DNA of 64,000 nucleotides from an uncultured Rhodobacteraceae bacterium (GCA_937920555.1 CAKZTM010000010.1:1790-65789), one strand, 5' to 3'. Shown: positions 44,822 to 54,980, numbered from the stretch's first letter. Notes: generated by a model from the sequence alone, not told the origin. Translations and numbers: made by a program.

Positions 44822-46207
44822 ATGGCCCTATCGACCCGGCTAACGGCCCGACAAACGCAACAATTGACCATGACGCCGCAACTGCGTCAGGCCATTGAGC
44901 TGTTGCAAATGTCATCGGGTGAGCTTCAGCGGTTTATCGAGGAGGAGGTTCAAAAGAACCCTCTGTTGGAGACTGATTCTGTCTCCGAGACCGCGGCGGC
45001 GATCCCCGAGGCAAAAGCCGTCGATGTGGACAGAAGTTTGCAACAGGGGTCGCAAATGCTGCCCTCGGGTCGCGAATATCGCGATGATATGGCCAATCCC
45101 ACCGAAAATCTTGCCGGTGAAACCACACTTCGCGACCATCTCTTGAGCCAGATCAACCTGATGGACACGGCGCCTGATATCACCGTTTTGGCGCAAGTCC
45201 TTGTGCATGAGCTGGATGATGACGGGTATTTGCGAACCCCTTTGGGTGAGATTGCCAAACGGCTGGGCGCTAAGATGACCCACCTCAAACGCGCCCTTGG
45301 TCTGTTGCAGGAATGCGATCCCACCGGCGTTGCCGCCCGGGACTTGGCGGAGTGTTTTACGCTACAGTTGCGCGAGCGGGGCGAATTGACCAATGTGATG
45401 GGCGATTTTCTGGCGGTTATTGATCAAATCGCCTCCCAACCCAACAAAAACCACTGGAAAGAGCTTGGCACAGATCCCGAAACATATGCGGATCTTTTGA
45501 GCCAAATCAAAGCGTTGAACCCTGCGCCGGGCAAAGGATTTGAGCGCGGCTTTGTGCAATATGCGGTGCCCGATGTTACGGTGTTTCGCAACAATCTTGG
45601 CGGCTGGAGCGTGGAGCTAAACAAATCCACCCTGCCGGCCATTACGATCAATGATGCGCTGGCCGAAGAGGCCAAAGCAGCCGGAGAAGAGGCCACCAAA
45701 TTTATCACCGGATGCGCCAAGCGCGCCGATTGGCTGATGAGGTCGATCGATCAACGATCCTCAACCATTCTCAAGGTGGCTGCCGAAATTGTCCGGGTTC
45801 AGGAGGGGTTTTTCTCTGCCGGGGTGTCCCAATTGCGGCCTCTGACCATGCGGGATGTGGCGGAGAAGGTTCAGATAAACGAATCTACCGTCAGTCGGGT
45901 GGCCAATTCGAAGTATTTAACCTGTGAGCGGGGCACTTTTGAGCTGAAATTCTTTTTCACCAAGGCCATCCGCTCCACAAATGGGACCGCTGACATGTCC
46001 AGCACCAGCATTCAGGCGGCAATTCGCAAATTGATCGAGGCCGAAAGCCCGAAAAAAGTACTTTCCGACGATAAAATCGTTAAAATCTTAAATGAAGACG
46101 GCGTCGACATTGCGCGACGGACGGTCACCAAGTATCGTGAGGGAATGGACATTCCATCATCTGTCGAACGGCGGCGTTTTAAGTCCAATTTGGACAAAAT
46201 CCGGTGA
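44822..46207 (+). CDS. rpoN: RNA polymerase sigma-54 factor
   Basis: N-terminal QQLTMTPQLRQAIELLQMS; C-terminal HTH plus RpoN box ARRTVTKYRE. Confidence 0.95.
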   Translation: MALSTRLTARQTQQLTMTPQLRQAIELLQMSSGELQRFIEEEVQKNPLLETDSVSETAAAIPEAKAVDVDRSLQQGSQMLPSGREYRDDMANPTENLAGETTLRDHLLSQINLMDTAPDITVLAQVLVHELDDDGYLRTPLGEIAKRLGAKMTHLKRALGLLQECDPTGVAARDLAECFTLQLRERGELTNVMGDFLAVIDQIASQPNKNHWKELGTDPETYADLLSQIKALNPAPGKGFERGFVQYAVPDVTVFRNNLGGWSVELNKSTLPAITINDALAEEAKAAGEEATKFITGCAKRADWLMRSIDQRSSTILKVAAEIVRVQEGFFSAGVSQLRPLTMRDVAEKVQINESTVSRVANSKYLTCERGTFELKFFFTKAIRSTNGTADMSSTSIQAAIRKLIEAESPKKVLSDDKIVKILNEDGVDIARRTVTKYREGMDIPSSVERRRFKSNLDKIR

Positions 46208-46242
46208 CGACTGGCGTGGTTTGAAAATTTTTTGCCAACGCG

Positions 46243-46271
46243 TTGACTTCACGTTGATACGTCCCTAGGTA
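46243..46271 (+). promoter_or_regulatory. Sigma70-like promoter upstream of hpf
   Basis: TTGACT (46243-46248), 17-nt spacer, TAGGTA (46266-46271). Confidence 0.4.
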
Positions 46272-46334
46272 TCGCGCTCTGTTGAAGGCGGCCTTGGTCA
46301 AACAGGCTACTTAACTCCTTAGTTCGGAGGACAA

Positions 46335-46907
46335 ATGCGCATTCAGGTCAATGGAAAACACATAGATGTGGGCGAATCCCTGACATCTCATGTGGAAGGA
46401 AGACTCAACGAATCTGTCATTAAATACTCAGAGCGCGCGGTCGAGGCGGTTGTGACTTTCTCCAAGGACCGACATGAGTTTGTTTCAGACGCGACTGTGC
46501 ATCTTTCGACAGGTTTGACCACAAAGGCGCAAGCGCGGGCAACGGACATTTACGATGCGTTTGAAGGATGCCTTGAGCGCATGGAGAAGCAGCTGCGTCG
46601 CTACAAGCGGCGGCTGAAAGACCACCACAAGGAGCGGACGAACCCGATTGAGGCTTTTGAGGCTCAGTATCATATTATTGATCGCCCTGTGGAAGAAGAT
46701 GAACCGGAATCACTTAAACCTGTGATAGTCGCCGAAATGCCCACGGAGGTGAAAACCTTGTCCGTAGGCGAAGCTGTGATGCAATTGGAACTGGACGGAG
46801 CCAATTTACTGGTGTTCCGGAACGAGTCCCACGGCGCAATAAATGTTGTTTACCAACGCGAAGACGGAAATATCGGCTGGATAGATCCGCGGAATATCGC
46901 GTCCTAG
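46335..46907 (+). CDS. hpf: Ribosome hibernation promoting factor (long HPF)
   Basis: MRIQVNGKHIDVGESLTSHVE..., 190 aa with a C-terminal dimerisation domain (...VVYQREDGNIGWIDP), canonical position after rpoN, GGAGG Shine-Dalgarno site. Confidence 0.9.
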   Translation: MRIQVNGKHIDVGESLTSHVEGRLNESVIKYSERAVEAVVTFSKDRHEFVSDATVHLSTGLTTKAQARATDIYDAFEGCLERMEKQLRRYKRRLKDHHKERTNPIEAFEAQYHIIDRPVEEDEPESLKPVIVAEMPTEVKTLSVGEAVMQLELDGANLLVFRNESHGAINVVYQREDGNIGWIDPRNIAS

Positions 46908-46935
46908 CCCTAGGTGAATGTAAGGAATTCTGTTA

Positions 46936-47400
46936 ATGGAACTTGCCGATATATTGGTTGCTAATGCTGTTTCTACTTTCCAAAATGTATCAAGTAAGAA
47001 GCGCCTGCTCCAAGGGATTGCTGAACAGGCCGAAACACTCAACGGTCTGTCTCAACAGCGTGTTTTTGAAGCGTTGCAAGAGCGTGAACTTCTGGGTGCA
47101 ACCGGAATGGGTAAGGGCATAGCGGTTCCACATGCGCGTATGGCTGAGGTTGACCGCGTCATCGGGTTTTTCACCCGTCTTGACGAAGCCATCGATTTTG
47201 ACAGTGTTGATCGCCAGCCGGTTGATCTGATTTTCACGCTGTTGGCCCCGGAAGATGCGGGCGCTGATCATCTGAAAGCCTTGGCGCGTGTGTCTCGGAC
47301 CCTTCGCGACGAGGCTACCTGTCGCAAATTGCGTTCAACGGATGATGCCTCAGCGCTTTATGCGATTTTGACAGATACGGCTGCGTCTCAAGCCGCTTAG
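46936..47400 (+). CDS. ptsN: PTS IIA-like nitrogen regulatory protein PtsN
   Basis: GMGKGIAVPHAR (phosphorylatable His), 154 aa, follows hpf. Confidence 0.9.
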   Translation: MELADILVANAVSTFQNVSSKKRLLQGIAEQAETLNGLSQQRVFEALQERELLGATGMGKGIAVPHARMAEVDRVIGFFTRLDEAIDFDSVDRQPVDLIFTLLAPEDAGADHLKALARVSRTLRDEATCRKLRSTDDASALYAILTDTAASQAA

Positions 47401-47453
47401 CCTCATTCTGGTTGGCTGAATTCATGTGATGTTTGGAGGAGGGTTTTGGTCAA

Positions 47454-48872
47454 TCAAGACCAGTCCTTAAACCCAAACATTCGGTAGTCTTTGGCATATG
47501 CGGACCGGGCAAGATTTTCCAATCTTCGGGAATAAACTTCGCCCAGCAAGATGTGGTGCTTGCTACGCAGATCCTCCACGGGTGGGACGGTCTTGCCCAA
47601 ACGCGCCGCTATCTCAGGCGCCTGATCTTTGAACTCAGTTGCCCGAATAATCCGGGCAATTGGCTGAACCGAAGACATCGCCGACAGAAGTTTGTGCTGC
47701 GCCTCCCAAGTTCCATCGATCCGAATGCTGGTTTGGCCCGCCAGATTTGATTTCAGGAAGACCAGGAAAGCCTCAAAGGCAGTACCGTGTTGCGCCGCGG
47801 TCCAGCCATCTAAGTGATCCGGTACGCCCACATCAAAATGGGCTTTGAGCCGCCGCCTGATTTTTGGAAATGCGGCACCACCGGGTGGGAAAATACCCGT
47901 CATGAAAGCGCTGTATGCCCGGTCCAACGGGTGATCCACCACCGTGAACGAGGCATGATCCGGTGCCTCATCGAGCCACGCGGACAACGCCTTCTGGTTC
48001 ATCCCGGTTTTGAGCTGACCCGGCGCGCAATCATCAACATTCGCCATAAACGCCTGCACAGACGTCGTATTGACCCCCGGCAGGGGCGCAAAAAGCAGCG
48101 GCGCCGCACGGCACACGACGATATCGCGCACGCCCAAACCACGGTTGAGCACAGGTGCGGGGCCGGTCGCAATATCGCTGCCCAAAGACTGCACATCCGC
48201 CATCATATCGGCGTAGTTGCTCACTTTCTCCGACACAGGTTCTGGGTTCTGCCGCTTGATCTTTTCCTCAAAAGCGTTCCGGCGATCGGGCACCCCCAAA
48301 TAGGCGGCCAGCCCGTTCATCATCTCCACCGACTTCAGATCTTCATATCTGATTTCAAAGGCCGTTTGGCCTGCATTCTGCAAACCACGGCGCAGGTCCG
48401 CGTCATACTCTGCCAACCGAGCCAGATAATCCCGGTACTCCGCGCCATCATAGGTAATGACGGCTGTTTTGCGTTTGGGTGCATTGCCCAAAATCCATTG
48501 ATCCGTCGCGCGGGCAATTTTGAGCGAAATGAAGCTGTCCAAGGGCGTGCGCCGCAAAATGATCTTGGCGCAGTTCGGATCGGCCAAACTGGCACGAAAC
48601 ACACGAGGGTCGTGGCCCTGAAATATTCGAAAGCCCGGTAAATCGTCCCCGGATTTATTCACGATTTTACGGATCAAACGATCCGGGTCCGCTTCACGCA
48701 AGGAAAGATCAACGTCCAGATAGTCCTCCTGCCCGGCCTTCCCGATAAAGGCCGGATTGAACAATTCGCCGTGGCAGTTGATGCCTTCAAACTGGTTGAG
48801 ATTACGTTCCAACAGGTTAGAGCCGGTTCGCATGGCACCAAAAATCGCAAAATACTTGAAGCGGGACGTCAT
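47454..48872 (-). CDS. Sulfotransferase family protein (NodH/Stf0-like N-terminal domain plus a second sulfotransferase-like C-terminal domain)
   Basis: FAIFGAMRTGSNLLE (PAPS 5'-phosphosulfate loop), ILRRTPLDSFISLKIA (3'-phosphate motif); C-terminal half has ...VVDHPLDRAYSAF.... The ATG overlaps the upstream gene stop. Confidence 0.6.
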   Translation of the reverse strand: MTSRFKYFAIFGAMRTGSNLLERNLNQFEGINCHGELFNPAFIGKAGQEDYLDVDLSLREADPDRLIRKIVNKSGDDLPGFRIFQGHDPRVFRASLADPNCAKIILRRTPLDSFISLKIARATDQWILGNAPKRKTAVITYDGAEYRDYLARLAEYDADLRRGLQNAGQTAFEIRYEDLKSVEMMNGLAAYLGVPDRRNAFEEKIKRQNPEPVSEKVSNYADMMADVQSLGSDIATGPAPVLNRGLGVRDIVVCRAAPLLFAPLPGVNTTSVQAFMANVDDCAPGQLKTGMNQKALSAWLDEAPDHASFTVVDHPLDRAYSAFMTGIFPPGGAAFPKIRRRLKAHFDVGVPDHLDGWTAAQHGTAFEAFLVFLKSNLAGQTSIRIDGTWEAQHKLLSAMSSVQPIARIIRATEFKDQAPEIAARLGKTVPPVEDLRSKHHILLGEVYSRRLENLARSAYAKDYRMFGFKDWS

Positions 48873-50569
48873 CCGAGTGCTGCTGTCTCGGGCGTTGCAA
48901 CCAGAGGAACTTCGCCCGGCAGTACATGCGGGATGGTCCCCAGAACGCTTGTGTCCACGCCGATGGATTGTAGTGCGATCAGATAGTCGCGCAGGCCGGA
49001 AAGGTCACGGAACGCAAGAGAAGCACCGGGCCGCAGGTCCACTTCCGGGCGCAAGGTTTTTTGGATGTCCAACAACACGCGGTCAGGATCAGTTACGATG
49101 TCAAACAGGGAAATATAAGTGAGGTTGCCTCGCGCGCTTTTCTCCACTTCCCGCTCGAAGGCAGCTTCGGCTTTGGCCAAGCGCCTTACCTGGTTTTTCA
49201 ACAATTTCAGGTCTTTGATATTGCGCGCGAAAAGTTCCAAAATCCACCCGCCGCGCATCACAAAAAGCTGTGCGTTAGGGTCGTTTATCACAAACTCACA
49301 CATCCGGGTGCTATCGCTCAGCTCCAACATCAAGGACTGGTGACGGTCTTGAATGTTCCAAAGCAAATTGCACAAAAACTGTTCTGGATTGTGGTCGCGA
49401 ATGCGCGGGTTCGCTGAGATGCCGCCGCACATCACCTGCTGTTCTTGGGCAAAATGAACCGCGTTTTTCTTGAACAACCTGCCATGGGCGACAGTTCCGG
49501 TGGTCTTGGACAACCAGCCCTCAAAGCCGTCAAACAGATGACCAAACCCTACAAACGAGCCGTATCTGCCGACTGTGGACGGCTGCCGCTCATGGGCCGC
49601 CGCGGGAAAGCGCCCGACGGTAAGGCGGCCTTTGCGACCACCGCAACGCCTTGCGCGCGCCTCTTCAAACAGCAGATCGAGGCCAAATTCGGTTTCCAGA
49701 GGTCGATCGGTTTTGGATCGTTTTTTGCCAAGGAAGTGATGGTAAAGTTTATCGGCCCCATGCCAGATTTTGCGGGCAAAAAAGTGATCAGTTTGCTCCA
49801 GCATATCCCTGTGATCGTCATAAAACAGGTGTGGTTTGCCCTGATCATCGAAACGGGAGAGGGTTAGCGACCGGCACACCATGTCTTTGGAGTGTTTTTG
49901 CGCCAATGTCGGCAGGTAACCTTCATCCGGTATCCAGCATTTTGAGAAATAGCGGTCATATTCCGGCAATGCTGGATCTGCGAAAATGGCCTTCAAAGTG
50001 CGTTTTGACAGGCACCACCACTGCGAACCCAAATGTGGTTTGATGCCACTTGGAATGCGGCGCGAAAAGCCCAGACGCCGTTGGAGTTCAACGGCTGCAT
50101 CAAACAACATACGTTGGCGTTTGAAGCTGAACGGGAAATAAAGCGTAAATCGCTCAGAACACAGGCCATCCACAACCCAATTGCCCTCATGAGCGGGGAC
50201 GCTTTCGACAAAATCCCGACCCGGATGACGTTCCAGAAATTCGACCAGCTCGCCGATTGGGCGAACCGGTAGGCACGAGCCGCTAATCTGCATGACATGG
50301 GACACGTTGGGCCAGCGCGACATCAAGGCGTCTGCGGCATTCATGCCGGCACGCACCAGCGAAAACCGTCCCCATTCGCAGGGCAACCGGGCGCAAAAGT
50401 CGATATGGGCATTTTTCTCTAAACCACGGCGAAGATCATCAAAGGCCGCGTCATTGGTGCCCGCATCCACATGAATCATCACCTTCACTTTGCGCGAGGC
50501 AATCGCTTTTGCCAAAGCACGCGTCCGGTGCAGATGCTCATGTGCCAAAATAATGATACCGACGGTCAC
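48869..50569 (-). CDS. GT14-like (core-2/I-branching type) glycosyltransferase with a long C-terminal extension
   Basis: IIILAHEH......IHVDAGT..., CEWGRFSLVRAGMNA, ISGSCLPVRP resemble the Branch/GT14 domain; 566 aa; GTG start. Confidence 0.55.
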   Translation of the reverse strand: MTVGIIILAHEHLHRTRALAKAIASRKVKVMIHVDAGTNDAAFDDLRRGLEKNAHIDFCARLPCEWGRFSLVRAGMNAADALMSRWPNVSHVMQISGSCLPVRPIGELVEFLERHPGRDFVESVPAHEGNWVVDGLCSERFTLYFPFSFKRQRMLFDAAVELQRRLGFSRRIPSGIKPHLGSQWWCLSKRTLKAIFADPALPEYDRYFSKCWIPDEGYLPTLAQKHSKDMVCRSLTLSRFDDQGKPHLFYDDHRDMLEQTDHFFARKIWHGADKLYHHFLGKKRSKTDRPLETEFGLDLLFEEARARRCGGRKGRLTVGRFPAAAHERQPSTVGRYGSFVGFGHLFDGFEGWLSKTTGTVAHGRLFKKNAVHFAQEQQVMCGGISANPRIRDHNPEQFLCNLLWNIQDRHQSLMLELSDSTRMCEFVINDPNAQLFVMRGGWILELFARNIKDLKLLKNQVRRLAKAEAAFEREVEKSARGNLTYISLFDIVTDPDRVLLDIQKTLRPEVDLRPGASLAFRDLSGLRDYLIALQSIGVDTSVLGTIPHVLPGEVPLVATPETAALG

Positions 50570-50582
50570 GCCTGTATGGTCC

Positions 50583-51617
50583 TCATATCCAGTTGCCCGA
50601 TGACATCAGCCCAAGTTCCTCAAGCTGGCGCCATCCCTCATATTTCACCGACGTTTCCGACCATAAACGCGTGCCGGTGCCGATCTTTTTGGAATACGCT
50701 TCATACTCACGACTGGCAGCGTAGTGCTGCTTACGATCAAGCTCTTCTAGAGCCTTATTCCTTAATATATCGAGAAATTTGGCATGAAGGAGGCAACCAG
50801 ATGCCTTTTCACCGCCCCACTCGTCGTAGACAAGATTGAGGCCCCTGGGCAACAAATTATGGGTCGACGAGACGTAAACGTAGCCCTTTTGCCACTTAAC
50901 CAGTGGTATTTTATTCAAAGCCGGGGCTTTTTCAGGCATGTCCTCAAAGAAAATGCGCTGACGCGGGCCGCCCTGCACCCATAAATTGCCATATTTTTTA
51001 TTGCGTTTCATGGTGTAGTTGCCGGGGTCAAAATACTCCAACTTATTGATTGGGTCGGTGCCCGACCGGTAGGGCGTTTTCTCCACCGGGCGTTGGGAAT
51101 ACATGTCCAGCAACATCGCGCCAAATGACTTAACAGATGACGCATCCAGCCAGTCGGTCAGTGCCCTCAGGTTGCGGGTATCAGAATGCGGGAACACGAA
51201 AAATTCGTCCACATCCACGACCACGACCCAGTGGCCAGACCCGTATCTGCGCAACAGATCGTTGAGCCAATCGACCCCAAAGTGCGCCCTTTTATAGCTG
51301 GCATCGGTCACCCAGATGGACGTGTCTGGTTGCGCCTCCAGATATTCCCGGGTGCCGTCATCGCTGTCATTATCGACAAAAATGAACTTGGAGACGCCCA
51401 GTTTGCGGTAGTATTTGAGGAAATATGAGAGCCGCGGTTTTTCATTGCGCACAACCGTAAACAGGATGATATCGCGAGGTTTGATTTTGGCCGTCCGGTC
51501 CGTATGAGGACGCAGCTCACGGCCTTTTCGAAACGCGCGTAATCGTCGTCTGCGCCGCTCCATGCGGAGCTGGTAAGATCGAAACACGCCCATATTTATC
51601 AGTCTCACCCTGAACAA
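50583..51617 (-). CDS. Glycosyltransferase family 2-like protein
   Basis: IILFTVVRNEKPRLSYFLKYYRKLGVSKFIFVDNDSDDGTREYL (GT-A fold with DxD-type DNDSDD). Start uncertain. Confidence 0.6.
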   Translation of the reverse strand: MFRVRLINMGVFRSYQLRMERRRRRLRAFRKGRELRPHTDRTAKIKPRDIILFTVVRNEKPRLSYFLKYYRKLGVSKFIFVDNDSDDGTREYLEAQPDTSIWVTDASYKRAHFGVDWLNDLLRRYGSGHWVVVVDVDEFFVFPHSDTRNLRALTDWLDASSVKSFGAMLLDMYSQRPVEKTPYRSGTDPINKLEYFDPGNYTMKRNKKYGNLWVQGGPRQRIFFEDMPEKAPALNKIPLVKWQKGYVYVSSTHNLLPRGLNLVYDEWGGEKASGCLLHAKFLDILRNKALEELDRKQHYAASREYEAYSKKIGTGTRLWSETSVKYEGWRQLEELGLMSSGNWI

Positions 51618-51635
51618 GTATTGCCCGAAAAGCTG

Positions 51636-52784
51636 CTACAAGTGCTGCTCAAGTAACGCGAAATGATCTGACCATACCGGCACTCTGAGTTGCCTTTGGA
51701 GTGTAGTTTTCGCGCGGGAATGACCCTGTTGTGTCTGCTTTATTATTTCTTTGCGCCAAACAGTAGCATCAAAAGGGTTTAAGTAAAGTGAAAGGGGTCC
51801 GCCCAATTCCCGAAACACGGGAATGTCCGAGACGAGTGTGGGTACGCCCAGCGCCTGTGCCTCTAGCATCGGCAGGCCGTAGCCTTCGGTCAACGATGGG
51901 AACAGAAGTGCGCACGCGCCTTTCAGAATGGCTGCGACCTGGTCATCAGGCAAAGAGCCATGTTCAATTATGTCTTTGCCCATCATCGGCGACGTATCGA
52001 GGGTTTTGAAGACGCCCTCGTTCATCCAACCGCGTCGTCCGATGATATGGAGTTGGGGTCGGTCCTTTTGGGGTATGTCGCGCAAGGAATCCCAAGCGCG
52101 CAGCAAAACCGCGTGGTTTTTGCGCGGTTCAATCGTCCCTAGAATGACAAAGGCGGGTCGGGTGAATTGCCGTGCGGATACGTCCAGTGCGGGATCAATG
52201 CCCAGATGATTGACCATGATTTTTGGCGTGCTGCCCCATGTGCCGAACCAATGAGCCACCCGCGCGCCCGTATGGGCGGAGTTTACGGCTATAAGATCAG
52301 CCCGGCTTGCCAACGCCTTCATTCGCGCCGCAAAGCGCATTGTGGACGCGGGTGTTTGCAGCTCTGGGTGGTCCAGCGGGATCATATCATGCACAAGCGC
52401 TATGGTTTTTCGGGCGCCGGTGTTTTGGAGGGTCCGGAGCTTGTCTGGGTCAAGATTGGTATGGCCAACATTGAGATAGGTGAAGTTTTGGGTCATTTGG
52501 TGGGTTGAGACGCGCCTGATGTCAGCCTCGATCTGGCCCGTTAGGCCGCGACCTATGCCTCTTAGATCGGACCGACCCCATGGCGCGCGACCCTCTACCC
52601 GGTCCAAAAGGAGGGTCATCGCATTTTGGTCCAGCATGGTGGTCCGGTATAAAAATCCGGTGCCGTCCTTGCGCTGAAGGAAGTGGCGGATATAGGCCCG
52701 CTCCACCCGGTCGATGCCCGTTGGCGTCTCAACGGATTTGGCGGAAAGGGTTCGGGTGACGTCTAGAAGGACGGGGTGAGCCAT
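51636..52784 (-). CDS. Glycosyltransferase family 4/1 (GT-B) protein
   Basis: LLDVTR....TGIDRVERAY N-terminus; C-terminal ...LLFPSLTEGYGLPMLEAQALGVPTLVSD (E-x7-E region). The ATG at 52784 is preferred; the ORF extends to 52892. Confidence 0.7.
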   Translation of the reverse strand: MAHPVLLDVTRTLSAKSVETPTGIDRVERAYIRHFLQRKDGTGFLYRTTMLDQNAMTLLLDRVEGRAPWGRSDLRGIGRGLTGQIEADIRRVSTHQMTQNFTYLNVGHTNLDPDKLRTLQNTGARKTIALVHDMIPLDHPELQTPASTMRFAARMKALASRADLIAVNSAHTGARVAHWFGTWGSTPKIMVNHLGIDPALDVSARQFTRPAFVILGTIEPRKNHAVLLRAWDSLRDIPQKDRPQLHIIGRRGWMNEGVFKTLDTSPMMGKDIIEHGSLPDDQVAAILKGACALLFPSLTEGYGLPMLEAQALGVPTLVSDIPVFRELGGPLSLYLNPFDATVWRKEIIKQTQQGHSRAKTTLQRQLRVPVWSDHFALLEQHL

Positions 52785-53060
52785 TGGGACGTGATAGACT
52801 GAAACTGCATTTGCTCCAAGCCAAGTTTGAGCGGCCCTTCGGCGGCAGAGATGGTCATTTTGGCAAGCTTTCCTTGGGGTCGAAACGGGCATGATTTCGT
52901 TAACAGATCTCTATTTAACCCAAAAAAATCAGTGGATTAAGAGGTTAACAACTATGCTACTCTGCTAGCACAGTAGTACAGCAGGCCTGCGCAAAGAGCT
53001 GTTCCCGACGGAAGAAAATTCCGTTGATGAAAAGATACTGATCAGGTGATGGGTTCGGCT

Positions 53061-54044
53061 TTAAGCGTCGTAATGACCCTGCTGATGCCATCTGTAAGCA
53101 TCTTCAATCATTCGCTTGAGATTGGAGCGATCCGGGGTCCAGCCCAGTTCCTGAGCGGCCAGTTTTGAGCCGCACACCAACGATGCCGGATCGCCGGCCC
53201 GCCTTGGCGCGTCAAATGCCGGCACCGGTTTTCCGGTCGCTTCTGCGGCGGCTTGCATGACCTCGCGAACTGTGAAGCCTTCACCAGTTCCCAAGGTCAA
53301 CACTGGCACGCGTGTGTCCTTGTCCAGATATGCCAAGCCCTTTATGTGAGCATCCGCCAAATCTTCCACATGAACATAATCGCGAACACATGTACCGTCA
53401 CGGGTCGGATAGTCCTGACCGAACACACTAAGCGCCTCGCGCTTGCCTTCAATCGCGTCCAAAATCAGAGGAATCAAGTGGGTTTCGGGCCGGTGATGCT
53501 CGCCAATGCGGGCCTGATCATCGGCACCGGCCACGTTAAAGTACCGAAATGCCAAGTGGCGAATACCAAAGGCGACGCCATAATCATGCAGCATATGTTC
53601 AACCGCAAACTTCGACGCTGCATAGGGCGAGGCGGGCGCAAAGCCGGAGGATTCGTCCAGCATCACCCCGTCTTGGTCCCCATTCACCGCGCAGGTCGAG
53701 GAAAAGACGATCTTGCGCACGCCCGTGGCAACCATTGCGTCGAGCAATGACAATGTGCCCGAGACATTGTTGCGCCAGAACGCATCCGGTTCGCTGACGG
53801 ACACACCAACCTCAATCAGTGCAGCAAAATGCATAACCGCTTCGGGTTTATGTTCCTTCATGACCTCAATCAGACGTTCGGTGTCGAGAAGGTCACCCTC
53901 CTCCAACGGTCCAAACTGGACCGCATCACGCCAACCGTTTCTGAGATTGTCATAGGTCACGGGCGTATGGCCTGCCGCCGCCAGTGCCTTACAGGCGTGC
54001 GACCCTATATAGCCCGCACCGCCCGTAACCAAAATTACCGCCAA
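53061..54044 (-). CDS. galE: UDP-glucose 4-epimerase
   Basis: ILVTGGAGYIGSH, YAASK (YxxxK), FRYFNVAGA; TTG start with AAGG upstream. Confidence 0.9.
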   Translation of the reverse strand: MAVILVTGGAGYIGSHACKALAAAGHTPVTYDNLRNGWRDAVQFGPLEEGDLLDTERLIEVMKEHKPEAVMHFAALIEVGVSVSEPDAFWRNNVSGTLSLLDAMVATGVRKIVFSSTCAVNGDQDGVMLDESSGFAPASPYAASKFAVEHMLHDYGVAFGIRHLAFRYFNVAGADDQARIGEHHRPETHLIPLILDAIEGKREALSVFGQDYPTRDGTCVRDYVHVEDLADAHIKGLAYLDKDTRVPVLTLGTGEGFTVREVMQAAAEATGKPVPAFDAPRRAGDPASLVCGSKLAAQELGWTPDRSNLKRMIEDAYRWHQQGHYDA

Positions 54045-54083
54045 AATGAACCTTACTGTAAGTTGTGAAACTTAAGGACGAGG

Positions 54084-54980
54084 TTACTCCGCAGCTTTGC
54101 CCAGGGCAACAATGTCATTGAGAAAGCTCAAGAACTCGTCGCGCAGCTCATCACGAGCCAGACCAAAGGCAACCGTGGCCTGCAGGTAGCCAGATTTGGA
54201 GCCACAATCGTAGCGCTGGCCTTCAAAACGGAAACCGTAAACGCCGGAACGATCAATCTCTTTGGCGATGGCGTCGGTCAACTGGATCTCTCCACCGGCG
54301 CCTTTTGAGTGATCATCAAGATTTTTGAGCACATCGGGTGTCAGAATATAGCGGCCAATCACAGCCAGGTTCGAGGGCGCATCTTCCGCCTTCGGCTTCT
54401 CAACCATGCCTTTGACCGAAACCAATGCGCCCATGTCTTCCTGAATATCCAAAACGCCGTAAGACGAGGTCATCTCTTTTGGCACTTCCATCGCCGCAAC
54501 AACGTTGCCGCCTGTGTTCTCATACGCCTCAACCATCTGCTGAAGGCACGGCTTTTTACCCGCAATCACATCATCGGGCAAAATCACCGCGAATGGCTCA
54601 TTCCCCAAAAGGCGGCGTGCGCACCAGACCGCATGGCCAAGACCTAGGGCCTCTCTTTGGCGGATATAAGCAATCGCGCCACTATCCATGTCCGTATCTT
54701 GCAGAACGTTCAAAAGGTCAGTTTTGTTCTTCGCCTTAAGTGTGGCTTCCAGAACCGGGGCGCTGTCGAAATAATCTTCCAAAGCGCCTTTGCCGCGTGA
54801 GGTGACAAAGATGAACTCTTCGATACCTGCCGCGCGGGCTTCATCAATCGCGTATTGGATCAAAGGGCGGTCCACCAGAGACATAATCTCTTTTGGAATA
54901 GACTTTGTAGCCGGCAAAAACCGAGTACCCAGACCAGCGACGGGAAATACCGCCTTGGTTACTTTTCGTGACATCGCCAT
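54084..54980 (-). CDS. galU: UTP--glucose-1-phosphate uridylyltransferase
   Basis: KAVFPVAGLGTRFLPATKSIPKEI, LGLGHAVWCA, VEKP motif. The ATG at 54980 has GAAGGGG upstream. Confidence 0.9.
   Translation of the reverse strand: MAMSRKVTKAVFPVAGLGTRFLPATKSIPKEIMSLVDRPLIQYAIDEARAAGIEEFIFVTSRGKGALEDYFDSAPVLEATLKAKNKTDLLNVLQDTDMDSGAIAYIRQREALGLGHAVWCARRLLGNEPFAVILPDDVIAGKKPCLQQMVEAYENTGGNVVAAMEVPKEMTSSYGVLDIQEDMGALVSVKGMVEKPKAEDAPSNLAVIGRYILTPDVLKNLDDHSKGAGGEIQLTDAIAKEIDRSGVYGFRFEGQRYDCGSKSGYLQATVAFGLARDELRDEFLSFLNDIVALGKAAE

Noticed and set aside
47814-48641. 275-aa ORF antisense to the sulfotransferase gene
   Set aside because: Arg/His-rich low-complexity translation. The sense-strand gene has PAPS-binding motifs and operon coupling.
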